In this document: one piece after another, positions 49,301 to 56,917 of the stretch
Position numbering within the stretch: position 1 is the stretch's first letter
Layout of the letters: each line of letters opens with the position of its first letter
NCBI GenBank assembly: GCA_029548865.1
Contig: JAKPMO010000002.1
Location: forward strand, 1 to 64,000
Reading direction: 5' to 3'
Origin: Caldisericota bacterium
GTDB taxonomy: Bacteria > Caldisericota > Caldisericia > JAAYUI01
Length of the DNA stretch: 64,000 nt
Notes under the pieces: model-generated
Databases searched by the model: none
Told to the model about the DNA's origin: nothing
What the model saw: the letters and a program-made list of their open reading frames with translations, nothing else
Program-made: the position numbers and the translations under genes

Positions 49301-50688
49301 CGGCCCTTCTTTGTGGTGCAGGCGCCATTATTGCTGGCCCGGAGCTTTGCAGGGCTTTTGGTGGACCAATCCAGATAGATTCAGCCACTTCACCTGTCTA
49401 TGCGTCCATAGGTGAGAATGAGCTCCAGGGGATACTCATATCCAACTCAAAAAGCATGAGAAATTACAGCATATCAATTCCTGTAATTTCGGGAGGAGAT
49501 GTCCTGGCAAGATTTATTGGCCAGGGTGCCTCAATCATAAAGCAGAACAATCTTATAGCCTGCTCGTTTGGTTTTCAGGACGTTGATCTTGCAAATGTCA
49601 AAGCTGAATTGATCAGAAGATTGGCCATGGTGCTTGGTTTTGGTGAAGGCAGGCTCCTTCCCGGCCAGATAGTTTCACCGTCAAAGGCTGTAAACACAAA
49701 ATCGGTAGAAATAAGCGGTTTTGCACCGCCTGCGTCAAAGACTTCAATAACAATAGATGGCGTCGAAAAAATCGTTGATCTTGATCCGGAGGGTTTTTTC
49801 TCATTCTGGGCCAGCCTTGCAGAAGGAAAGCACGAATGTGTACTAATCTCGCAATCAAATGGCCTTCTGGCGAGATCAGCGCCACATACTGTAATAATAG
49901 ACACCACACCGCCAAGCATTGCCATCTATTCACCAAAAGGCGGCAAAACACCGTCGCTTGAGATAGAAGTTCTGGCCAATGTCAGGAGTGCTTCAAAAGT
50001 CTTGATCGATGGGAAACCGGCAAGGGTCGAGGGAACGCTCCTTCGCGCAACAGTTCCGTCTGGATCAGGCTCCATACTCATCTCTTGCGAAGACGAAGCG
50101 GGCAACAGGTCTGAGGCTAGGGCAAACTATACACCGTCACCTGGGCTTTTTGCTGACGCGCAAAAATCCAGGTCATTTTTCGAGATTAGTCAGCTTGCCT
50201 GTGCAAACATCTTGAAGAACGAGAGCGACCAATTTTACCCTTCAGAATCTCTTTCCAGGGGGAAAATGGCTGTCTGGGTTGCACTACTGCTTGGGCTTGA
50301 CCCAAAGCCGGGAAAATCCACATACGAAGACGTGCCAAAGAATTCTCCGGAAGAGCCGTTTATTGGCGCCCTTGTCCAGCACGGGACGTTATCGGGTAAG
50401 GGAAAATTCTATCCCGGTTCTGCCTGTACGAGAGAGCTCCTTGTGCAAGTCCTCTCCAATGGTTTGAGGCTTGGCAAAAGGGCTGACAAAATGCCATTTT
50501 CCGACATAAAACAGGACAATGTCTATTCTCAAGCCATCCTAAAATGTATTTTTGCCGGTATAATTGATCCTGCAGAAAAAAGGCTGTTCTCTAGTGGCAA
50601 ATTCGGCCTCGGGCAAAAGCTCTCAAGAGAGCAAGCCTGCATAATGTTTTATAATGCTCTTGTTTATAGGGCGAGAGGGGAACAATGA
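46354..50688 (+). CDS. Secreted S8 subtilase with accessory domains and C-terminal SLH-like repeats
   Basis: Signal peptide; triad VLDSG, DGHGT, GTSFSSPHVAG; F.P...SR and F.D SLH-like repeats. Confidence 0.9.
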   Translation: MKKISIALVFVFLISVFLPTWPRFSIAQQPSQVVERLLMFDQPDARNLAELKTETSLAQSGAISELEALSSSGEVLSYRSFWIQNCILVTGTQKAFSRLESLGSVRAVLPNTKIYLPHARRSKAETDLEWNLKATHVPEAWAMSAKGDGVLVGVLDSGCDSTHPELAGKVQSFASFDSYGRKTGQTIASDSDGHGTSVCSVVCGETLGVAPKAKLIVGSVIPDGSGNISQILGGLQWITDPDDDPSTDDYPRVVNMSFGASGTMDYLKTAIKNLRKFGILPIASIGNDGEGSSSNPGNMPEVLSVGSVDYGLKASGFSGGAEVVWENEDDSLTLVKPDLCAPGENIRVATPRRTYDVADGTSFSSPHVAGICALLLEKRPDISPEDLTYLLSKTVVDLGRPGRDRRYGEGLVDARDSLSLALSMEPKTVSVTWPTGSALWGDINVTSGDRSYVVSREQAKSFTFLSRSGEETKIGAFGFESSTIAGSSVELKPLPEHSLDLTVHEEGTQNNLDSKVTLKDSPLPTFEAPDGTLKLALPEGEHEFVATSFGHASRNFKINLSSDLSASMPLEKAKIAFIDTRKPVWGISPEPIRGKLKPALDSTGLPYFIWSTLQGNVTAKQLGAFQYVVWNSGGSLSAKDVGILGGYMDMGGKLVLTSDFYGASFIGQTDSTVFLDSYFACRPSDEGGAALTHWDGRTYKSLALGNPSAYFSTSNLVPMSEKAKILLSYAGTSPKKYAGLKVSTLKNQGVILGFTFPNVASEEDRGWLLKLCIESFEDTLPWKADIKTGDGKLPSGNIAIGGETIGFTSGSIFVPHLPLVATKIEISSFGYKKVTLDDRPEKLPSQIMLESAPLSGVSFDSSSDGYLIFNDKNVEPIKFPAKGEVRLPEGKYKVVAVSRGREPVEIDITAPGRIALNMRQSQKAAVVFEEADDIKLTLSEIGIPYKTIQQPTAADIVSSGLVVWNHPEKISSSQTEMIGNVKTALLCGAGAIIAGPELCRAFGGPIQIDSATSPVYASIGENELQGILISNSKSMRNYSISIPVISGGDVLARFIGQGASIIKQNNLIACSFGFQDVDLANVKAELIRRLAMVLGFGEGRLLPGQIVSPSKAVNTKSVEISGFAPPASKTSITIDGVEKIVDLDPEGFFSFWASLAEGKHECVLISQSNGLLARSAPHTVIIDTTPPSIAIYSPKGGKTPSLEIEVLANVRSASKVLIDGKPARVEGTLLRATVPSGSGSILISCEDEAGNRSEARANYTPSPGLFADAQKSRSFFEISQLACANILKNESDQFYPSESLSRGKMAVWVALLLGLDPKPGKSTYEDVPKNSPEEPFIGALVQHGTLSGKGKFYPGSACTRELLVQVLSNGLRLGKRADKMPFSDIKQDNVYSQAILKCIFAGIIDPAEKRLFSSGKFGLGQKLSREQACIMFYNALVYRARGEQ

Positions 50689-51098
50689 TATTGGAGCAAT
50701 TAAAACAGGCTGGCTACAGAATAACAAAACCCAGGAAAGCGGTCATCGCACTTCTCGAAGAAAACGATGACATGGATGCAAAGCAGATATACAGGACCCT
50801 AAAAGAACGTGGACAGGACATTGATATTGCCACTGTTTACAGAGTGTTGGACCTTCTTTTCAGGCTTGGTGTTGTTCACAGGAGCAATTTCACCCAGCAG
50901 CATGCTCACTTCGGTTTTGTAAAGGCTGTGCATATGATATGCAAGCGTTGTGGGAAAATTGACGAGAAAGAAATAGATAACAAAATTCTGCTTGATAAAA
51001 TGAAAGACGTCCTGGGGGATTTCTCCGCCCAGGACGTCTCTGTAGAGGTCTATGGTTATTGTAAGACCTGCAGCCGATCAGCAGATGGCAACGTTTGA
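50685..51098 (+). CDS. Fur family regulator (second copy)
   Basis: [33 protein letters not shown]. Confidence 0.88.
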   Translation: MILEQLKQAGYRITKPRKAVIALLEENDDMDAKQIYRTLKERGQDIDIATVYRVLDLLFRLGVVHRSNFTQQHAHFGFVKAVHMICKRCGKIDEKEIDNKILLDKMKDVLGDFSAQDVSVEVYGYCKTCSRSADGNV

Positions 51099-51281
51099 CG
51101 CCTGCACGCCCTTCGGTGTCTCTTGGATCTCGAATCTAACTCTGTCGCCTTCTTTAAGGGACTTGAATCCGTCAGCTCTAATGGCTGAAAAATGTACGAA
51201 AACGTCCTCTCCATTGTCAGCACGGGTGATGAATCCATAACCCTTCTTTGCGTTAAACCACCTAACAGTTCCTTCTGGCAT
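51078..51281 (-). CDS. csp: Cold-shock protein
   Basis: [20 protein letters not shown]. Confidence 0.96.
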   Translation of the reverse strand: MPEGTVRWFNAKKGYGFITRADNGEDVFVHFSAIRADGFKSLKEGDRVRFEIQETPKGVQASNVAIC

Positions 51282-51352
51282 TCTACTTCTCTTTCCTTCT
51301 GCTCCTTTTTCAGGAGCTAATACTAATTTGGGCTTTTTGCCCTTTTATAGTG

Positions 51353-51378
51353 AAAAAGGCCTCACAAATCCGAGGCCC
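51353..51378 (-). terminator. Intrinsic terminator after the CxxCH protein pair
   Basis: Minus strand GGCCTC-N8-GAGGCC-TTTTT. Confidence 0.65.
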
Positions 51379-51416
51379 AAATCACTTGGACTTCAAATTC
51401 TTATTTTGATTATACA

Positions 51417-52166
51417 CTATAAAACAAAATTTGCAATCTTTCCTCTGTTTATCCAGATGAGTTTTGCACCGAGTGCGTCACCAACAGCTTTTACAGGTAC
51501 AAAAGTTTTTCCGCTAACTATCTCTGGCGGAGCATCAAGCGGATAATCTTTACCATTGATCTTCGCGTTCTTTTTGCCGACCCACATCTGCCCGACAAGT
51601 TTGCTGCCTTTTTTGATGTCGATCCTCTTTTCAGAGGCGACCCAGCCAACTGTTCCGCCGAGGCTTTCAATACCTATACGGAGGGGGGCCATCGATTTGC
51701 CGTTTTTGATATAACATGCGCCACCATGTGGTGTAAGATCTACCTTTTTTCCATCAACAACACATACAGTGATCGGCTTTTTGGTTGTCGTATCGAGTGA
51801 GAGGAAGAAAGTAACACACTTTTTGTATTTTGCAGGGCTGGGATGGTCCATGAAGTCACCAGGATAGGTTTTTGCGTTGATTTCCTGAATGTTTGTGTAC
51901 CCATCACCGTCTGCGTCAAAATTCTCAAAAGCATCAAAATCACCAAGCTCTTCGGTGTTTTCATACATTACACCATAAGGATTTCTTGGCCCTGTACCTT
52001 CCTGGATGAAGTGGCAGCAAAGACAAGTCTTGTCAATCTTTGTACCCTTCAGTTTTGGATAGGTAAGAATGAGTTCATCGTGGTAGTCCTGTTGGGCGTA
52101 AACATAGGCAAATGCACCCAGTATAAGCCCTGAAAGCACCAGAATTGCCACAATTGACCTTTTCAT
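51417..52166 (-). CDS. Secreted putative c-type cytochrome (CLCCH) with Ca-loop and copper-amine-oxidase-N 'stalk' domain
   Basis: Signal peptide (AYVYA); KTCLCCH; RNPYG; DADGDGYTNIQEI..TYPGD; APLR..IESLG and APPEIVSGKTFVP. Confidence 0.72.
   Translation of the reverse strand: MKRSIVAILVLSGLILGAFAYVYAQQDYHDELILTYPKLKGTKIDKTCLCCHFIQEGTGPRNPYGVMYENTEELGDFDAFENFDADGDGYTNIQEINAKTYPGDFMDHPSPAKYKKCVTFFLSLDTTTKKPITVCVVDGKKVDLTPHGGACYIKNGKSMAPLRIGIESLGGTVGWVASEKRIDIKKGSKLVGQMWVGKKNAKINGKDYPLDAPPEIVSGKTFVPVKAVGDALGAKLIWINRGKIANFVL
51961..52094. repeat. 134-bp near-identical direct repeat, copy 1
   Basis: Matches 52782-52915 with one mismatch (51984 T vs 52805 C) by manual alignment. Confidence 0.9.
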
Positions 52167-52228
52167 TTACACGTACCTCCTTGGTTTTTCTATCCTAATA
52201 CGAATTTGTTTGTTTCAGGTTCAGCCTT

Positions 52229-52990
52229 TTATTTAAGGTTGTAGTTCCAGATTTTACCCATTGTTATCTTTGATTCGGTAGCGCCAAGGGCTTTGACTGC
52301 AAGATCCAATGTTGAAACAAACATGTTCTTGCCTTTGAGTTCTGGAGCAACTTTGCAGTTGTAGTCTTTGCCGTTGAGCTTGCCCTTTGTTTTTCCAACC
52401 CAGAATTGTGCAACTACCTTGCTGCCTTTCTTGATATCAAGCCTACCTTTTCCGTCCTTGGCGTTGAAAACTGCAGTCGCACCGAGTCCATCAACAACTG
52501 GTTTCCATGGGGCCATTACTGTTCCCGATTTTTCATATGCGGCCCCACCAAGAGGCGCTATGTCGACTTTCTTTCCACCAACGACGCAAACAGTGATGTT
52601 TGCCTTTGTCTTCGTATCTTTTGATGTAAAGAAAGTGACGCATTTCTTGAATTTTTTTGGTGATGGTGAATCAGAGAAGTCACCAGGATAGGTCTTTGCG
52701 TTGATTTCCTGGATATTTGTGTATCCATCGCCATCTGCATCAAATTTTTCGAATGCTGCGAAATCAGAGGTGCCTTCATTCTCATACATTACACCATAAG
52801 GATTCCTTGGCCCTGTACCTTCCTGGATGAAGTGGCAGCAAAGACAAGTCTTGTCAATCTTTGTACCCTTCAGTTTTGGATAGGTAAGAATGAGTTCATC
52901 GTGGTAGTCCTGTTGTGCAAAAACAAATGCAAATGATCCGAATAAAATCAATGCAGTGATGATTGTTGCAACCAATGTATTTTTTTTCAT
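52229..52990 (-). CDS. Secreted putative c-type cytochrome (CLCCH) with stalk domain; tandem paralog
   Basis: AGGAGG SD, ATG 52990; same heme region as 51417..52166 with a diverged C-terminal domain. Confidence 0.72.
   Translation of the reverse strand: MKKNTLVATIITALILFGSFAFVFAQQDYHDELILTYPKLKGTKIDKTCLCCHFIQEGTGPRNPYGVMYENEGTSDFAAFEKFDADGDGYTNIQEINAKTYPGDFSDSPSPKKFKKCVTFFTSKDTKTKANITVCVVGGKKVDIAPLGGAAYEKSGTVMAPWKPVVDGLGATAVFNAKDGKGRLDIKKGSKVVAQFWVGKTKGKLNGKDYNCKVAPELKGKNMFVSTLDLAVKALGATESKITMGKIWNYNLK
52782..52915. repeat. 134-bp near-identical direct repeat, copy 2
   Basis: See 51961-52094. Confidence 0.9.
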
Positions 52991-53201
52991 GGACGTCCTC
53001 CTGATGTAGGTGTGCTTTCCTTTATGAGAGTTTAATTCCATGGATATCAAAACAAGGTCGTCAAGACTAAGTCTCGGTTTAAGCTTGAATTGTGCCCCTG
53101 TTTTATTGGCATCCATTTTGCAAAATTCAATAATTTAATCCATAATTAAACAAAAATTCGGAAAATAATCTTATTGACATATGAGATTTTCAGCTTTTTT
53201 G

Positions 53202-53229
53202 TTTATATCGAAAAATGTTAATATGTCTA
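53202..53229 (-). promoter_or_regulatory. Candidate promoter for the CxxCH pair
   Basis: TAGACA-16-TATAAA; contains GACATATTAACA. Confidence 0.5.
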
Positions 53230-53264
53230 AATTAATCAATTGAAGAAATAACCAAGTAAAATTG

Positions 53265-54785
53265 TTATGGCCTCTGCCCTGGTTTGCCCTGGCCCCAAAG
53301 GTAATGTGATATTCTGTCCAAATCGACATTTGTTATCCAGGAAGGATCTTTGGAAGCCATCCTTTTTACAATCTCTGGCCAAGCGTCTCTTTCTTTTGTG
53401 TCTGGTGATGGTGCCTGATGACACTTGTTGCATTTTACCTCGAAAAGATCTTTGCCAATATCTGCCTGTGGGGATGACTGGCCAGGGAGCAGTTTTGGGG
53501 AGACAAAAAAGATTGTGTCCTGAGATGACGAGCTTGAGACATCAAGTGCCATCTCAAAAAATGTTGAAGGAACAATAACTCTCGATTTGATAATGGCCGG
53601 TTTTGGGTCAAGGATTATTTGTTTGTCTGGCAAGTCCACCATTGCGGTGCTGACGTTTAATTTTATGGATGTGCCTAGTTTTTTGATTATCACTGTTCTG
53701 GTTTTTGCTACCCAGGAAACCTCGAATCCCAGCGATTCACAAATTGCCCTCAGCTCGACCATGAATATGCCGGATGACTTTTTTGCTGGTGTTGAGAGTT
53801 TGATATTTTCACCAGATCTGTTGTAAAGGACATAGCTTCCGGTTTTGGTGTAGGAGAGTCTCTGGATTGGGAGCGACATCAAATCTTTTATTGAAAACAG
53901 GTAAACACCGTTTTTGTCAAACTTGTGGATGTTTATCTTGCCATTTGTTATCTCTCCAACATAGCAGCCAGAATCGAGATAATCACAGATTACAGTTAAA
54001 GGATTTTGAAGGATGCTGTCTCCACAATCAAAAAGATGTTTGAAATCCTCTGAAAAGACATGGACTTTTTTGGTGCCTGAGTCTGCCACCCATATTCTTC
54101 TGTCATTGTCCTCGGTGGTCGAGACATCGACCGGGTGGGAAAGGATATCTTGCCCAAATGATGCTGTCAGGTTGCCATATTCAGTTGTTTTTATGACCCT
54201 CGAATTGTCAGGATCGCAGACAAAAACTTGTTTAATAAAATCCATATAAGCACCGGCAGGATTGCCTAGGCCGGTGAGTGTTTCTTTGGGGAAAACCTTA
54301 CTTTGTTGCCCTGGTGGGGAAATATGGAAGACCTTTTCCGGGGTGGTCGTTATAACATGCTCGTAATCGGAGTCCTGGCAAAGAGCGATAGCATTTACCA
54401 TCTGTTTATCATAGGACAACTCTGGCCCTTTCAGATTGTAGTCCCAGAGCTTATTTCGGTCGTAGTCGTAGAGCCTGATGGTTTTTTCGGCTTCATCGAG
54501 CATGGCGATTGCACCGCCGCATGAGCACACAGAAACATCAGTTATCGAGCCTGCGCCAATATCTTTTGATGATATGAAATCACCAAGGTATATGCCCGTT
54601 TCAGTATCCAGGTGCATTACCTTGCCCTCAGAAGCAACAGCAACATAAAGGTCTTTATATTTGCTTGTTCCAAGGCCAAGCTGGTTTGTGGGTTCAAAAG
54701 CTATTGAATCGGGGCTGGAAAAGAGCACCAAAAAAGAAAGGGCCAGCAAAGCTGGCCCTGTAGTTTTGAAATTCCTAGAATTCAA
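53265..54785 (-). CDS. Secreted NHL beta-propeller plus stalk domain plus C-terminal monoheme cytochrome c
   Basis: NHL blades (VCDPDNSRV, VADSGTKKVHVF); VELRAICESLGFEVSW stalk; LFEVKCNKCH..P.P...W..IVKRM. Confidence 0.8.
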   Translation of the reverse strand: MNSRNFKTTGPALLALSFLVLFSSPDSIAFEPTNQLGLGTSKYKDLYVAVASEGKVMHLDTETGIYLGDFISSKDIGAGSITDVSVCSCGGAIAMLDEAEKTIRLYDYDRNKLWDYNLKGPELSYDKQMVNAIALCQDSDYEHVITTTPEKVFHISPPGQQSKVFPKETLTGLGNPAGAYMDFIKQVFVCDPDNSRVIKTTEYGNLTASFGQDILSHPVDVSTTEDNDRRIWVADSGTKKVHVFSEDFKHLFDCGDSILQNPLTVICDYLDSGCYVGEITNGKINIHKFDKNGVYLFSIKDLMSLPIQRLSYTKTGSYVLYNRSGENIKLSTPAKKSSGIFMVELRAICESLGFEVSWVAKTRTVIIKKLGTSIKLNVSTAMVDLPDKQIILDPKPAIIKSRVIVPSTFFEMALDVSSSSSQDTIFFVSPKLLPGQSSPQADIGKDLFEVKCNKCHQAPSPDTKERDAWPEIVKRMASKDPSWITNVDLDRISHYLWGQGKPGQRP

Positions 54786-55212
54786 TACGAAGACCTTCCA
54801 GATAGCAGCCTTTGCCTCTGCGTTTTGGGGTGCCGTAAACCGTTACGGTCTTCCCCGTTCTGTCTGGCAGCACGACATTGGCCGGCTTCAAGTCAACGAA
54901 AATCTCATCAACACCATCAGTCAGCCTGAACCAGGTACCCATTTTGCATTCCAGCATTATCTTGCCTGATACTTTGACAAGGTCTCCTGGTATCTGGTCG
55001 CATTTGCTGACTACCTCGCCTATCGGCATCTCAATGGCCGACTGGGTTTCTGTGCTCCCGTATGTCTCCTGGACACCTTTGAGCGTGAGCCAGCCAAGGG
55101 AATACATGGAAATGAATACTCCCACAACAAGCACAAGCCCAACAATAATGATGCCGAACTGACGCACGAGGCCCAAGAATCCCTTTTTAGTTCTTTTATG
55201 GATGGGTTTCAT
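54775..55212 (-). CDS. Membrane-anchored OB-fold protein, paralog of 36310..36714
   Basis: N-terminal TM; VKVSGKIMLECKMGTWFRLTDG...VTVYG...LEG. Confidence 0.65.
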   Translation of the reverse strand: MKPIHKRTKKGFLGLVRQFGIIIVGLVLVVGVFISMYSLGWLTLKGVQETYGSTETQSAIEMPIGEVVSKCDQIPGDLVKVSGKIMLECKMGTWFRLTDGVDEIFVDLKPANVVLPDRTGKTVTVYGTPKRRGKGCYLEGLRIEF

Positions 55213-55250
55213 TTTTGACCCTTTCTCTGTACGTCTGTCAGCTTGGCCAA

Positions 55251-55634
55251 TCATTTAAAAAACTGGCCATCCTTGTACTTCAAGCTGTCAATGATCTTGC
55301 CATCTTTTATGATGGCAACACCAGTGCAGCAACCTGCATTGAAAGTTTTTGCTGTCACGTTGCTGTCACCATACGTTTTTGCGTAATAATTGACAGCTTC
55401 TTTTTCCAGCGTCTTCAAATCTGTTGTGGTTTCAGATGCTTGCTCGTTTTCTGCGTTGTAGCTTTCGCCGCCACATCCTCCGCTTTTTTCTGCACTGCAT
55501 CCTGAGCAAGAGCTTCCGCAGTTGTTTGCTGAAGCAAGAGACCCCCCGTTGTTTGTGTATGCAACTATTCCTATGATCACGAGGACTACCACTGCTGCTC
55601 CGGCAATTATCCCGGCCCAAATTCTTCTATCCAT
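55251..55634 (-). CDS. Membrane-anchored Cys-rich protein
   Basis: AAGGAGG SD; TM anchor; CGSSCSGC, GGCGG, AGCC. Confidence 0.7.
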   Translation of the reverse strand: MDRRIWAGIIAGAAVVVLVIIGIVAYTNNGGSLASANNCGSSCSGCSAEKSGGCGGESYNAENEQASETTTDLKTLEKEAVNYYAKTYGDSNVTAKTFNAGCCTGVAIIKDGKIIDSLKYKDGQFFK

Positions 55635-55655
55635 CGAGGCCTCCTTTTAGGAACA

Positions 55656-55797
55656 ATTCTAAGTAGGGGGAAACCACTAGCAAGGTTATGAGGTTAAGAT
55701 GCAGTAAACTTGACCTTTATCAGTTTTACGGTATTGGTTCGGGGGTTTTATACATACCATTTAAATTATTGCCAAATGCCCAGCTTGTGTTTATAAT
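55656..55797. promoter_or_regulatory. Divergent promoters (Cys-rich/cytochrome operon and dnaN)
   Basis: Minus strand TTGCTA-16-TAGAAT (55683-55656); plus strand TTGCCA-17-TATAAT (55769-55797). Confidence 0.65.
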
Positions 55798-55819
55798 AAA
55801 CCCTCCACGGAGGTAAAAC

Positions 55820-56917
55820 ATGAAGTTTGAAGCCAAAAAAGCAGACATCGTCAATGCCGCAAATCAGGTGGGCACTGTTGTGCCACGCAGCCCTTCCATA
55901 CAACTTCTTGGAAATCTTCTCATTGAAGCTGATGGTTCTGAGCTGAAGCTCACTGGTTCCGACATGGAAACCTGGGTTTGCGTAAAAATTCCGGCCACGA
56001 TTTCAGAGTCGGGGCAGACGACCGTCCCGTCCAAGATATTTACCGAGCTTGTAGGAAACCTCCCTGGTGAAGATATTCAGATAGAAATTGGTGATGGCTC
56101 CCAGATGATCATGAGGTCATCCAAGGCAAAAGTGACACTCAATTGTGCTGATGCCTCAGATTATCCCAGAATCCCGGAGATGACCTCCGGAGACAAGGTG
56201 ATAATTGACAGGGACACACTCCTTGGTGCAGTTGACAGGGTCACACCTGCACTTTCAGACAGGATGGAAGACAAACGGGAGCTCCTTGGTGCGCTTGTTT
56301 CAATAAGGGGCGGCACATTTAATCTTGTCGGGACAGATGGGCAAAGGCTGGCCATTTGCGAAGTACCAACCCCAGGATCACCTGAAGTTGAAGTCATCGT
56401 GGCTGGAACAGTGTGGCGCAATCTTGCCAAGTTGATTGGCGAGGGTGAAAACAGTGATGTAGGGCTTGCATTCTCCCAAAACCAGGTCGGTTTTGAGTTT
56501 GGCAATGTAAAGGTCGTCAGCAGGCTGATAGACGGCGAATATCCTCCATACCGCCAGGTCGTGCCGGCCAAGTTTGAATATAAAGTCATTGTCGACATGA
56601 AGACACTCCTTTCTGCCTTGCAAAGGGTCAACATCATCGTCAGGCAGAGTTCAAGAAAAGTAACGATTGCTGCAAGGGATGGAGAGCTTGTGTGCAAGGG
56701 CATTGCACCTGAAATCGGAGAGGTCGAGGAAAAGATAGAGGCCACAACCGATGGTGCTGACGTCGAACTCTCTTTCGATATCAAGAAACTCATTGACGGA
56801 ATCAAAGGCACAACGGGCCCACAGGTCCAGATCAACATAAACGGGCCGCTACATCCCGTTCTCATACAAACAGAAAACGACGACACCTACAAGTACATCC
56901 TCGTAACCCAGCGTTGA
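55820..56917 (+). CDS. dnaN: DNA polymerase III beta clamp
   Basis: GSDME, DYP, GTDGQRLA, SRLIDGEYPPY. Confidence 0.95.
   Translation: MKFEAKKADIVNAANQVGTVVPRSPSIQLLGNLLIEADGSELKLTGSDMETWVCVKIPATISESGQTTVPSKIFTELVGNLPGEDIQIEIGDGSQMIMRSSKAKVTLNCADASDYPRIPEMTSGDKVIIDRDTLLGAVDRVTPALSDRMEDKRELLGALVSIRGGTFNLVGTDGQRLAICEVPTPGSPEVEVIVAGTVWRNLAKLIGEGENSDVGLAFSQNQVGFEFGNVKVVSRLIDGEYPPYRQVVPAKFEYKVIVDMKTLLSALQRVNIIVRQSSRKVTIAARDGELVCKGIAPEIGEVEEKIEATTDGADVELSFDIKKLIDGIKGTTGPQVQININGPLHPVLIQTENDDTYKYILVTQR

Noticed and set aside
51961..52915. Direct repeat as a mobile-element end or diversity-generating retroelement TR/VR pair
   Set aside because: Both copies are in-frame coding sequence of paralogs with a single mismatch, and no reverse transcriptase, transposase or integrase lies in the window
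53040..53116. c-di-GMP riboswitch (GGGCAC...CGACC resemblance)
   Set aside because: Lacks the GTGC pairing partner and the other conserved class I/II elements; kept only as an unknown hairpin
55635..55819. oriC upstream of dnaN
   Set aside because: Only one imperfect DnaA-box-like 9-mer (TTATACATA) and no dnaA; the space is explained by divergent promoters
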